Source of the DNA: an uncultured Methanosarcinales archaeon
GTDB taxonomy: Archaea > Nanobdellota > Nanobdellia > Woesearchaeales > JAGVZT01
NCBI GenBank assembly: GCA_964354685.1
Contig: CAYHAM010000006.1
Coordinates: 9,523 to 73,522 of the forward strand
Length of the DNA: 64,000 nt
Reading direction: 5' to 3'
The notes below the pieces were generated by a model. The model had not been told where the DNA came from and did not search any database. It saw only the letters and a list, made by a program, of their open reading frames with translations. Positions 43,950 to 58,900 of the stretch are shown here, one piece after another. A program made the position numbers and the translations under genes. Each line of letters opens with the position of its first letter. Position 1 is the stretch's first letter.

Positions 43950-46900
43950 TTTATCTCAACATAAAATGTCACACTGTTTTGGGTATTTGGTTGTATATAT
44001 CCTCTTAACATAGCAGGAACCCTAATCTCAAAATCATAAACCCCATACATACCTGTTTTATTCTCATTAACCTTTGTGATAAACACAACATCTTGGGTAC
44101 CATTATATTCTCCATTGTTCGGATCATTGTAATCCCATAAAATTCCAGTAACAAAGTTTGATGTGTTTGTTGAGTTAACAATTGCAACATTGTTGATTGT
44201 GTTGCCATAAGCAACCCAGCCCATTGATAATCTCACACCCCCATTCTCAGTCCATGTCGTGTTTATTGAATCAGGATTCTGAGTCATGTTCATAGCAGTA
44301 TCTGCCTCATCAAAGTCATCCATCTGCAGGCCATTGATTGTATCCCTTGATACTGCCTGTAAACTATCCCACTTGACTATGCTATCAGAATCAACAACAT
44401 AGATGTTACTATTTGTATAATTACTAACATTCCAATCAAACAACGACATGTTTGTTGTGTCATAGAGCTGTAACAATCCTGTAATATTACCAATCACTAT
44501 CTCATATGAGCCAACAATGATTATATTATAAGCAAGGTTGTTAGACTCATTTGCCTCAACAATTGAACCATTTGTTGCCAAAGGCGGATCAACCACAACA
44601 TAGATGTTTGTGGACCCCATCTTGACAATATATGTAGTATTTACAGTTGCATTTGTCCCTAGAGGTAAGCTGTTAATTGTCTTGTTCCCGTTTATTTGAT
44701 TGTCACTACCTGGATAACCTTCAAAGAATTGCACTGTTATATTAGCAGCGTCCCCATTACCAATATTGTAAATTGTTGCATTGATTGTTACATTTTGACC
44801 TTCACTAAATGAGGTTTGATTGAACACAATATCTGAATTATTCAACGTAAGATCAGGCACCTCAATAAAGTAAGACCTTGTTTCACTTGTGTTCCAATTT
44901 CCTGCATTATCCCAACAAGTAACATTCCAATAATGCCATCCAGGACCCTGATCAGTTGCAATTGTTGAAACTTCAGTGTTGTTCAATGCACTGAAGTTTG
45001 CCCTATAAACAGAACCATCAATAGTCAAATTACATGTAAGATTATCATCAAGATTGTCAATTACAGTAAAGTTTAATTCAACAGAGGTAGATGAACTGTT
45101 GTGACCCTCCTCTGGATAAGTTAAATTAATAGAAGGCTTTGTAATATCAACATAAATTGTTATTGGTGTTGAATTTCTAATATTATTAACATTATCAAAT
45201 GCCTCGAGTATAATCTCATGCGATCCTTCCCCAACACCCACTAAATTTGTTGAGTTTGTACTACCATTGGTAGCAGTACCATTCACATTCTTTACTCCGT
45301 CAACATAGAATGTATAGTTTAAAACCTGATCAAGATTATCAGTTATATTGAAATAAATTGTTGGAGTAGTGGTATTAAACCATGTGCCATTAGCAGTTTC
45401 AATGTATGGATATGGTGCAATAATATCAACATACAAAGTGCGATTACTCGTAATTGTATACATATGTTGCGATGTATTATCATAACACTCAACAGCCCAA
45501 CTATAGCTTCCATTTAAATAATACACTGTGAAGTTGTTCATTGCATTGTTAATTATCTCTGTATTATTCTTTGTATCATTTATTTGTCCATCTAGTAACA
45601 AACTACAGTTCTCAATTCCAGTATCATCACTCACATTAAAATAGAAAGTCTGGTTCTCAACATTAGTCCAATTATTATCCGCTGGGCTGACCAATGTTAT
45701 ATTTGGAGCTATATACACAAAGAAATGTTTGGTCTCACTAGTGTTAATATTGGTGGCATTATCCCAACAACTCACATTCCAATAATAAGTTGTCTCATTC
45801 AACCAAGAAACTGTTGTATTGATCTCAGAGCCATTATTAGCAGCAAAATTCTCTCTGATTACACCATTATTCAAAGTGAGATTACACCTCATTTCATTAT
45901 CCATATTATCAGTAACTGTGAAATTCAAGTCAATTATTGTGTTTGTGTAATTCAATCCATTAGATGGATAAACCAAATTAATTGAGGGATTTATTTTATC
46001 AACCCTCAACAACCAGGTACTGCTATTACCCTCTGCACCGAACACGTCAGTACAATTAACACTCCAGTTATAGAATTTTGTGGCAATGTTCACAACACTA
46101 AAGTTATTCATTGCATTGTTAATTATCTCTGAGCTGTTCTTTGTGTCATTGATTACCCCATTCAATATCAAGGAACAATTTCTAATACCAGTAGTATCGT
46201 TCACTATAAAGTAGAATGTCTGATTCTCTGCATTACTCCATGAACCATTAGGAGGATTAACCAATGTAACATTTGGTGGAACAGCAAGATTAAATGTTCT
46301 TGTTTCACTGGTATTAATATTGCTAGCATTATCCCAACAACTCACATTCCAATAATAAGAACCCTCAACACTTCCAGTGTATGTTGTTTTAATCTCTGTG
46401 TTGTTATCAGCAACAAAATTCTCCCTATACACAGAACCATTCACAGTCAAGTTACACCTCAACTCATCATCCATATTATCAATGACAGTGAAATTCAAAT
46501 CAAGTGTGAATGATGTAGAATTATAACTCTCTTGTGGCCATGTCAAATTAATACTTGGTAAGATCCTATCAAGGTTTAGTCTCCAAGTTGTGCTATTACC
46601 TCTGGTATTAAAGTCGTCATAACACTCAACAGACCAATTGTAGAGGTTTGATTTTATATTATACACAGTGAAATTGTTTTTGGCATTATTTGTTACCTCA
46701 CTGCTATTTTTTGTAACATTAACCAGCCCATTGAGTATCAATGAGCAATTGTTAATACCAGTATCATCGCTCACATTGAAGTAAAAGGTCTGATTCTCAG
46801 CATTGCTCCAACTATTGTCTGGTGGACTGTCAAGGATTACAATAGGTGGAATAACAACATTAAATGATCTTGTTTCACTGGTATTAATATTGCTAGCATT

Positions 46901-49900
46901 GTCCCAACATGTAACATTCCAATAGTATGTGCCTTCACCAGTAGCAGTATAGGTTGTATTAATCTCTGAATTATTAGCAGCAGCAAAATTCTCTCTATAC
47001 ACAGAGCCATTAACAGTTAAATTACATCTCATCTCATCATCCATATTATCAATTACACTGAAATTAAGATCAAGGGTGAGCGAACTAGAATTATAACCGT
47101 TTACAGGCAGAGTTAGGTTAATGAATGGTTTTATCCTATCAACCTTTAACAACCACGTTGTGCTATTGCCTTCAACATACAAGGAGGTGTTATCAGTGCA
47201 ATTCACACTCCAGTTGTAATACCCTGATTTGATATCATAAACAGTAAAATTATTTACAGCATTGTTTGTTATCTCACTACTGTTCCTTGTATCATTAATT
47301 TGCCCATTAAATATCAAGCTGCAATTCTCAATTCCAGTATCATCACTCACATTGAAATAGAAAGTTATATTCTCACTATTATTCCAAGTGTCATGTGCAG
47401 GAACTATTAACTCCACAACCGGAGCCAGATACACATTAAAACTCCTTGTTTCACTTATATTCCAGTTTGTTGCATTATCTACGCAAGTGACATTCCAATA
47501 ATACGTTGTCTCATTCAAACCACTAATAGTTGTATTAATCTCAGTATCAACATATGCAACAATATTTTGCCTATAAACATCACCATTTAGGGTTAGATTA
47601 CAAATAAGCTCACTATCCAAATTATCACTAACAGAAAAGTTCAACTCAATTGTTGTTGAGGTTGTATTAACTCCTTGTGGTGGGTAAGTTAGATTAATAG
47701 AAGGTTTGGTTGTATCAATATAAATTATTATTGGTGTTGAGTTCACAACATGCCCTGCCTCATCACTTGCCTCCAAAACAAGCTCATAAACACCATCTGT
47801 TTTTGAGCTTAGGTTAATTGAAGTTGTAGTGCCATTGTTCACACTGCCATTGGCCTCATGGCTCCCATTTACATATAGAGTATAATTTAAAATGTCATCT
47901 AAATTGTCAGTTATATTAAACAATATTTCAGGAGTTGTGTCATTAAACCATGTTTGATTAGCAGTCTCAAAAATAGGAGATGGATTGCTCAAGTCTATAT
48001 TTACCTTTAGAGATGTTGAATTCTTACTCCTACTCAAATTATCAGTAGCCTGCACAATTATATAATGCACACCCTCACTCAATGTAACATTCAACAGCTT
48101 GCTCACATTATCACTAGCACTACCATTCTGGCCATTAAGGATACCATCAACAAATATGCTGTAATTGATAGATCCATTGGTAAAGTCCTGAAGTGTAAAG
48201 TTTATCTCAACTGTTTCATTATCTTGCCAAGAGTCATTCTGAGGGCTATTTATTGTAGAAATAAGCACAGATATGTTTGTTGTGGCATTGTTGTTGCTCT
48301 CATTAAGCTCAGCTATATTATCATCAGGATCAACAACAACCCAAATTGTATGATAACCAGCAGTGATAATCCATGAAATATTAAAAGTGACTGTTGCATT
48401 ATAACCAACATCTTTTGTATTATTTCCTATAAATGTTCCACTTCCAGGTAAGCCATCCCAAAACTCAACCAATACATTACTTGCATCAATCCCCCCAATA
48501 TTGCTAACATTGGCAAATATTGTAATATTCTCATTTAGATCAGGATTACTATTGTTAAAAGAGATCATAGAATTGTTGATAAACAAATCAGGCTGATTTA
48601 TTGTGAAATTGCCAGTAAAGCTTGTGTTGCTATTACCCAAATCATCAACACATGATACACTCCAGTTGTGAGCACCATCTGCTAATCCATTAACCTCTAC
48701 TAGGAAATTAGTACCACTCGTATTTGTAATGTTTGTAACATTTACAGCACTATCAATAGTGAGGTTACAAGTGATGTTTATTCCAGGTGCATCTGTTGGC
48801 GTCCAGTTGAATGTTATATTGTTATAATTGATTGCTTGTCCTTCACCAGGATAATTAAGTACTATCGATGGTCCAAGAGTATCTATTGTAAAGTTCTCAT
48901 AAGGTGCTGTGTAAGGATTTAGATCAGGAGCTTCATCTATACATTCTACACTCCAATTGTAATACCCATCCGAAATGTTTGTAAGATCAAAGTAATTGGG
49001 TTCATTCCTCTCTATACTTGAATCGCTATTATTGAACACCCCATTAATATATAATGAACAATTATTAAATCCAAAATAGTCATACGGAGTATAATTAAAT
49101 GTCATATCTTGACTAGTTGTTCTATAATTGTCTATAGGGAAATTCAAAGTAACATTTGGAGGAGCTTCAACTGTGAAGTTTATCAAAATGTATGAATTAG
49201 TATTATTTGCATGGTCAATACAGGTTACTGACCAATTGTAATTGCCATCATATAACTCACTATACCTTGTAACTGTGCTTCCATTTGAAACACTAACATT
49301 TTCCCATTCCACACTATCTACAACAGTAATATTACATATTAACTCATCATCTAAATTATCTGTGACCGAAAAACTGAAAGTTACATTATTCCAAGTAACA
49401 GTTTCGTTATTGTATGGAGTGATTATCGTGATGTTTGGGGAAGTAGTATCTATTATCAATTGCCTTTGAGGCGATCCTGTTCCCTCCAGTTCATAAATAT
49501 CAGTAGCATTTATAGTCCAATAATACAAACCATCTTCTGAAAAATTGAATAAAAATGAATTTTTCTCACCATTCTCAAGACTCGTGTCATTCTCAGTTTT
49601 AACATTATTTATTATGAGAGACGCATTTCCCAGACCATCAGCATCAACAGGGATATAAGTAAAATTTACATTTTCACGATAATCCAAAATGGTCCCATTA
49701 TCAGGACTCACCAGAGCTATATAAGGGGGATTGTATATTGTAAAATTCCTTGTCTCACTTGTATTGGTATTGTAAGCATCATCCCAACAGGTTAAATTCC
49801 ACCAATATACACCATCCAAATTTATTGTTATAGTCTGGTTAATAACAGAGCCATTAATTGCGGGGATGTTTGATTCATTAACCTCACCATCTAGTGTCAA

Positions 49901-52900
49901 GTTACAATAGAGTAAATTAGAAACATCATCTGTCACTGTAAAATTGAATTTTATTAATGGTCCGAAAACAGATGCATTAGGTAGTGGTGAGTGTAATGTT
50001 ATAGTTGGTTCAGTACTATCAATAACAAATCTTCTAACAGGAGACGCAAGTGTACTTAAACCTGAGAGATCAGTACAGTTAACTGTCCAATTGTAAAAGC
50101 CTGGATTGAGTCCAATCAGAGTAAAATTATTTTGATAACCATTGTTGATTGATGAGTTGGTTTGGTTTATTTCATTATCCAATATAAGATCACAATTATT
50201 AAATCCGGTATTATCTGTAGGAGTGTAATATAGAGTAATATCTCCTAAACTCTGTGAGTGGTTGTCCTCAGGGGAATTTAGTTCAACACTTGGGGGAGAA
50301 CTAACATTTATGCTTCTAGTCTCACTTGTGTTCCAATTTCCAGCATCATCAACACAAGTTATGTTCCAATAACTTACCCCATCAGGGATATTATTTATAG
50401 GTCTTGATGTTAGTGACCCGTTGTTAGCGTTGAAATTCTCATCATACACACCACCATTAATAGTAATATTACACACTAATATCTTATCAGCATCAAGATT
50501 GTCAGTGACTGTAAAGTTAAAATAAATAGTACTTTGATTAGTTGAATGATTGTCTTCAGGCGCATATAAAACTATGCTTGGTTTTGTGAAATCAATAAAA
50601 AACCATCTTTCAGTAGCCTGTACAGTTAAATTACTGATATCAGTCACATTTACAGTCCAGTTATATCTCCCCTCCACTAGATTTCCTACTGTGAATGTAC
50701 TAATTTCACCATTCCCAACCTCTGAGCTACTATCATTCCAAACACTATTTATATATAAATCAGCCTTTGTAACATCGTTGTTGTCAGTTGCATTGTATTG
50801 TAAATCTATTGATGTTGAATTCTGTGAGTAATTATCAGGTGTCACAAGTGTCACATTTGGTGGAAGATCAATAATGCTGAAGTTTATTGTCTTACTGGTA
50901 TTAAAGTTGCCAGCATTATCAACACAAGCAACATTCCAAGAATGATTCCCTTGTTCTAAACTTCCTATTGGACGAGATGTTAATGAAGCATTATTTGAAC
51001 TAAAATTGGCGTCCTCAACAGTCGAATCTATTGTTATGTTACAAATTAAGACAGAATCAAGATTATCAAAAACTGTAAAGTTGAATAATATTGTACCAAC
51101 GTAGAAAGTTGAATTCTCATCTGGTGCTGCTAAATTAATCGATGGTTTTGTTGTATCAACTGTTAATGTCCTATTAGTATTACCCCAATCGTAATTATCA
51201 TCATCATCATACGCTAGACAGTTCCAAATATAAATCCCCTCTTGTAAAGTTCTAGTGAAAGTAGTACTATTTGATGTCCCACCTATGTTGTTGGTACCAT
51301 TTGCTCTAAAGGTACCATTAAAATTTGCATAAAGAGTCATATTAAATAATCCATTATTATCTGTGGCAGAACAATTAAATACAACTGATGGATTATTTGT
51401 TGCGGAATTATTATTTGGGCTTACTAATGTAACCACTGGTGGAACACTTGAAGTATCTTCTATTGTAATATATATATGATCTGTTTCATTGTGACCAACA
51501 TATATAGGATATTGTGTTGAATTGAAAATAACATAGAATTCATGTGTTGTACCAATACCACCTGTGGCATTCACATCCCATGTTATTTGACAGCTTCTGC
51601 CATCAACCATTCCACCAAGACAACTATCATCTGATTTATTTTGTGGATTGGAATCAATTGTATAAAATGGTTCGGTTCCATTTATTGTAGATACCATCCC
51701 ACTCTTAATCAGATACTCCCAACCAACTGTTAGGTTTGCATAATCAATAATCATAATTATGTCATCATCTGCATCAGTATCACCACAAACACTTGTTCCA
51801 AATACTCTCCACTTAATTGTAATTATATTATCATCAGCATAACTGCTATTGATTGTTTTTCTGTATCTGAAAGTATTATAATCATCAGCATCTCCCCATC
51901 CAGGAGCAGAGGCATCTGTCCCAAGGTTTATTTCGCTGCCTGCACCACACTCGCTTCCAACAGTTGAAACACAATCCAATTTTTCATACCCATCTGGCCC
52001 CAAAATCCACATATCAAAGCTTCCTCCACCAGTTCCGTCATCAAATTCAGGATTATCACCATTGTCACAATTATTGCTTGTTAAAACCTCATCACCATGC
52101 CAGCACCCACCCCAAGTGATTGTCACATTCTTCAAGTATTCAGGATTTAAATCGCTAACATTGAATGATAATGTGGCATTTAATTCACAATCATAAGGCT
52201 CAGCATTAGTAAGATTTTGAAATCCTGTTTCCCATGAATTAGATGAAGTGCATGTTCCACCTGTACAATCTGCAACAAGGGTATCTGAATAATCACCAGC
52301 ATCTGCTTGAGTATATGTCCCATCTGAGTAAGTTGATAGGCTATCTGTATAAGCAGAATAGTAGTTTAATGGGTCAACTGCAACCAACCAAGGCCTTGCT
52401 TCTTCAAAAAACTGACCATCATGCAAAATATAAGATTCTAGTTTATACCTATTTGGAGAGATCTTGGGAATCTTCGCCTGATAACTCACTGTTGAGTTGC
52501 CTCTAAGGTCAGACCAAATGATTTGTGTTTCCTTATCTGAATACCATACGTAAGCATTATTAGCCTCAATGATCTCCCACTCTGAAGGAATGGTCTCAAC
52601 AAAACTGTATTGATTGGTTCCTTCCAATGAATTAATGTGTATTGTTGATTCAAAGTCACTTTCCCAGGGATCTATAGCAATTGGAGTTTCTCTTATAATA
52701 TCAAAAACATAATCCTCTTTCACCTCAAATAAGGTGTACAGCACATCTTTAACGCTACTATTTATTGTAGTAATTTCCAAACCATAAACTCCTTCAATTT
52801 GTAAAGGACCATATACAAATTCATAAAGCCCAGGTCTTAGCTCTTTGAATTGAGATGAATAAACTCTTTCTTTTGTTCCATCTGGCTTTGTTATTGTTAA

Positions 52901-55900
52901 TTGTAGGTTCTCATTAGAAACAAATTCTCCTTTCTTATCAAGAACTATGGAGATCAATTCAGCGCTTTCCCCCAGTCTATAGATTGGCTTTTTAGAATTT
53001 AAGGTAATTAAACCATTAGGATATCTGGAGTTTCCTACCTTCTTATTTGTTTGAACATCGTTAATTATAACATCTCCTACTATATCCTCTACTCTTTTCT
53101 CATATACTGGTTCTGTTATTGGAGAATAGGATTTTTGCATTGATATTGGATACTGATGAGGGTCTAATATTGCCTCAACATCCCCACATTCTCCTCCAAC
53201 ACAGCTAACCTGGGCTGTGAAACTAAAGAACTCATCCTTTTCAACAGAAATATCACCATCTGGATCAACAAGAGAAACCACTAAAGTACCCCAAGGAATA
53301 GTCCAGTTTGTATAGTCAATGTCTATGCTTGATTCATTATCCATACACAATGCATCAATTCTAAATTCACCTGAATCATTTATTTTAGTGGTTTTATTAA
53401 TAATCCACCAATCACTATTATTTGTAAAAGTTGTATTTGTATAAAATAAGTTAGAGTCAGGAATATTTGTCAAATTAACTGTTACATTTACAACCGTGAA
53501 ATAATCGCTAGTACAATTTACTCTTATTGCAGTGAGGCTGTCATTGAATGACAAACCTGAACATGCACCCCATGAGCCATTATTAATTTGGCATTGTATC
53601 TCATTAATCTCTGGTGGCTTTGTTGCAACAATCGTTACATTAGATGAATTTACTTGAGAACCATGGCCATCATTATCAAATGGAATTACACCACACCACC
53701 ATGTTTCTCCTAGAGATGTATTTTCACTGCTTAAAATTGAATAAGTTTGAACTCCATTTGAAACATTCATTAACTGAGAATATATTAAAACACTACTATT
53801 ATACCAGCTTATATTGGCTGAAAGTGTATCAAAATAATTTGCATCAATTATAGTAAAATTACAATAGAGATCTTCTTCTGGTAAAGGATACAAAGGAGTT
53901 AATAATATATATGAAACATTTGGCAGAACATTTTGAATTATGGTTATATTAATTCTGCTAGTAGTTGCTGAAGAAACATAGCTTGAATAATTCTCAGCAT
54001 CATAGGTTACAAAAAACTCCCATGGAATTCCAGTAAGACCAGTGGCATTAACTTGCCAAGTTGTATTACAACTTGAACCACTCTTCATATTTGCTAGACA
54101 GGAATTGTTTTGATAAAACATAGGGTTTGCTGTAACTGTGTAAAAAGGATCTCCTGAATTCATTGGTATTATACCCTTGTTTTGAGGAATTTCCTGTTCC
54201 AATTCTACTGTTGGTTGTGGGTAAACATACTTTCTGATTTCTATTGTTCTTACTCTGTGTTCGTTTGTGCTTCCTCCTGTTCTTCCTCCTAAAAAGAAAT
54301 AGTTACCTGCTGTACTCTGCGGACTTGAATCTGTCCCATTCACTCTTAAAACCCCATCATAATAGATCAATGCATTCGCTCTAGTACCATTATTGTAAAA
54401 ATATACTGAAAGATTGTGCCATTGTGAATCATCCAATGCAGCAACAGGGTTCCACTCAGCAATAGAAGGACCATTATCAGTAGTACTTTTTGTAAATGCT
54501 ACTCTTTCATCTGGATCTGTCCATTCATCAACAGTAAAGTGATAACCATCATTTACAATATCTTCTCTGCCTGAACTTACAGATGTATCGTGTACACCTA
54601 TCCATGTAGAATCAGCTCCTGTTCCACCGCCTGCCCAGGTTTCATATCTACCGTAAAAACCAGGTCCTGGATTTTTTAGCCAGTATAGATAACCCAACTG
54701 ATCATTAGCAACAGGAGTAAGCCTTACCCCTACTGTTGAATCTACATACGCTGCAGAACCAGTAAGGCTCCCGCTTGGAGGACCTGACATATCCTCGTAT
54801 AAAAACAGTGTTTCTGTTCCATTGCTCTGGCTTTGTGCTGTAGAATTACCATAATAAACATAAATTGAGGCATTGCCATAGGCGCTGAGTGAGTACTCCA
54901 CCCATATTAAAGTTGAACTTGTATTGCAACCATATTCAACCCAATAATCCAATTCATTATTTGAACTGTCCACGAATCTTACATCTCCACAGTCACTCCT
55001 CATTTTACCAGCAGAAATAAGAGATTGCGTATTCAAGGTTACATTGAATTGATAATCTGTAAGTATATTGTTTGATTTCTCTGTAAGATTAATCTTTCTT
55101 CTGTAATCCCAGGATGTGTTCCACCAATTCTCAGGGTCAAGTGTTGCACTTACATATCCACACTCTCCCCCAGTACAATTTACTCTTGCCGTAAAATTAA
55201 AGAATTTGTTCTGAGTAACGTTTATATCTTCGTTAGGGTTAATTAATTCTACGACCAAACTTCCCCAAGGAACTGTCCAATTGGATGATCCTGAACCGGA
55301 AGTGCTGGAGTTATCATAACATGTTACTGAGAGGTTAAATGTTCCTGAGTCAGTTATTGTAATGTCAGTATTATTGAAAACAAAATAACCTGTTGAATTA
55401 TCATTGGTATAGTTATTGAAAAAAGTATATGAATCCTCAACATTGATTAATGTAAACGTCGCATTTACAACATAACCATCAGGATCTGTGCAATCAGCCC
55501 TTACTGCTTTTAAACTGTCTCCATATAAAATATTCTCACATTGAGTCCAGGTTGAGCCATCTTCATAACACCAAATCTGGTTGACCACAGGAGGTTGGGA
55601 TGCCAGAATTTGAATAGCAGAAGAGTTAACCTGTGTTCCATATTCTATTTGATCATATGGTGTAACACCACAATGCCAGTACTCACCACTGGAAGTGTTT
55701 CCTGAATTTAAGATAGCATTAGTTTTAACTCCACTAGTTACACTAACAACTTCTGAATAAGATAAAGCACTTCCCTTATACCAACTTACATTAGCGGTTA
55801 ATGTATCCAGAGCACTGGAATCTGATACTGTAAATGTACAATTTAAATCATCACTTGGACTTGGTAGTAATGGATCTATTGAAACTGAATCAACTGTTGG

Positions 55901-58900
55901 TGCAATGTTGTTGATTATTGTAATGTTTACTGCAGATGTATTAACAGCGCTAACATTTGCAGAGTAATTCATCGATGCATATGTAACAAAGAACTCCCAA
56001 GTTGTATTAGCACTACCTGTCGCGTTGACTTGCCAGGTTGTATCACAATTGTTACCATCTGTCATATTAGCTAAACAATATCTATAAGAAGAGTTCATAG
56101 GATTATCAGAAGTTGTGTAGAATGGAGTTCCAGAATTCAAAGGGACTACTCCTTTACCAGAATTATTTTCTTCACTTCCTAAAGTATAACTCGGAGCACT
56201 ACTCATTGCTTTATATACTCTTAAATCATCGTATTCTGCTTTTGGAGTTCCTGTATTTGTGTTTGAAGCAGTTAATCCATAATAACCTGAATTTCTTGAA
56301 CCACCTGAAGCCACATTTGCATAATTCCATGAACTTGGCTCAGCAGTTATTGCTAACCAAACTTTATTCCAAGTATTTTGCCCTATGATCATAAATTTAT
56401 GATAATACCAAGTGTTTTGATTCCACGCATAACTTCCTTCCTGGAACCAAGAAACCCCATCATTTAACAAATCTAATTCTCCTGAAGCCCCGTCATTATT
56501 ATGTAATAATGAACAATAACCTCTTCCTGCTCCTCCTGAACCATCCATTCTTAAAGAAGGGCCGAACCTATAAGCATCGCCATCAGTCCATTGAGTAATT
56601 TGCATTTTAACAACAATAACACCATTAGTAAAAGAAGGACTTGAACCTAAATAATCTATTAATAATTTATTTGGGTCTCCAGAACCTCCTGAAGCAACTA
56701 ACTTATTATTAGTTATGTTCCATGTAGCTCCGCCAACACTACTATAATTAGCCTCTGTTGTAATATCTGGTTTGTCGGTTCTATTAAAATCATCCCAATA
56801 CATATAGACTAAATTATAATCATAAGTAGGAGTACTTGCACCAGAATTTCCATAATATAAAAAAACAGTATCTTTTTTCTGAGAAGCGCTTAAATCTGTT
56901 TTAAAATGAATTATTGTATTTGCAGTGTTATTTGTGTTAGGTTCAATATGATAAGCAATCTCAGTACCATTTTCTATTATTCTTAAATCACTCATATCAG
57001 CATTCATCTTACCTGCAGAGACCAAAGTCTGAGTATCAATAGAAACATTGGTTGTCCAATTACTAACTGCACTTCCAGAATTTTCTGTTATATTAATTTG
57101 CATCCTATAATCCCAATTTGAATTCCACCAGTTTGTAGGGTCAAGTGTCGCATTTACATCCCCGCACTCTCCACCACTACAAGTAACTCTTGCTGTGAAA
57201 TTAAAGAAACGATTTCTAGTAACATTAACATGAGTAGAAGGACTAATCAATTGAGCAGACAAATTACCATAAGGAATGCTCCAATTGATATCCTCTTCCA
57301 TTACAGGATTTTCCCTGCAAGTGATATGCAAGTTAAACAATCCAGAATCATATATTGTCATATCTGAAACATCATACTCCCAATACTCACTACTGTAATT
57401 AACCCTTAACCAAATAGCATCTATGCTTGCAACCTCATCATCAGGCAAACCAACTTGCATGCCCTCAACTCCTAAGTATATGTTGCTCAAATCACTCCAG
57501 CTAAGACTACCAGTGATCTGGTAATAATCATTTCTCAAACTACCACTCTGGTTTGCAACACTAGCACCATTATAAGCAGTTCCATCAAGATTCTTCCATG
57601 TTGTGCCACCATCTAGACTATATTTTAATGTTAGCTCATCATTACCTATAGCTGGATTAGAAAAGTTTGATCTTAGTGCTAAATAAACCTTGTTGATAGT
57701 ACCAGCCTCTGGTAACCCAACAAAATTATGAGTATATAACTCATTCCCATTATCAGTTTCGTCCCATGCAACTGCACTATCTGGCTGATTATCAGCCTCT
57801 TCAGGGCTATTTGCCCAATCACCACCATAAGAGTTTGCATACAGATTCAATTCTGAACCAGATTCATTTGTTAATGTAGCATTAAAGTACACTTTGTTAT
57901 CATCAACATTCTTAAGCATAAAAGAAACATTGCTTATTGACCCGCCAGAATTAGAAGTACAGTTTGTTCTCACACTATCAAGCGTATCCCCAAATGCAAT
58001 AGTTGTGCAATTAACCCATCCAACACCAGCTTTATAACAACTTGTGTTGCTGATTGTTGGTAGAACCTCAACAGTGATATTTGTGTGGGTGTTGTTATTA
58101 CCAATATTACCTATTGTGTCATTTGCAAAAGCCCTCACCTGATAAGAATTACCACTACTTAACCCAACCATGTTCCATGTGCATTCATACATTGGACCAG
58201 AATTGTCACTACATATAAACCCCCATGATGCAGTTGAATTTTTCCTATAATAGAAAGAAACAGTGTCTACATTGGATAATGCATCAGTAGCACTTGCATT
58301 TACAGTATAAGTGGCTGTTGAAATATTTGTGAAGTTCTGGGGTCTGTCAAGAGTGGTTGTTGGCCCTGTTCTATCAATTGTAATAGTATAATTGGTAGAA
58401 TACCAATCATCATTAGGAACAGTTGCATTATCCCAGCACCTTATGTTCCAAATATATTTGCCATCTGATGGATTGACTGTAATGTTTGTATTTGTGTTAT
58501 TTGTCACATTAAAAGCAGTACCCTGAATTGTCCAACCAGATATATTCATGTAAAGGCTGCAGTTCTGTATTGTATGATCATCCGTGGCTGTGAAGTTGAA
58601 ATTAACTGATGTTGAAGTGATATTTGCCCCATTAGATGGATAATTTAAAGATGTTACATTTGGTGCACTATCCCAACTACAACCACACAATGTGCAGTTA
58701 GTCTGGCCACTATGGCTTCCACAACTGCTTGGTGTTCCAGAACATTGATATACTCGTTTTATTATCAAAACCCCATCAACATGGCCATAATCACCAGCCT
58801 CAATATCGTCATTATCCCACTCAATTCTAAAACCATTATAGAAATACTGGGAATCTGTAATTGTATCTGTGTAATGCCCCCATGTGCCACCATCATTTAA

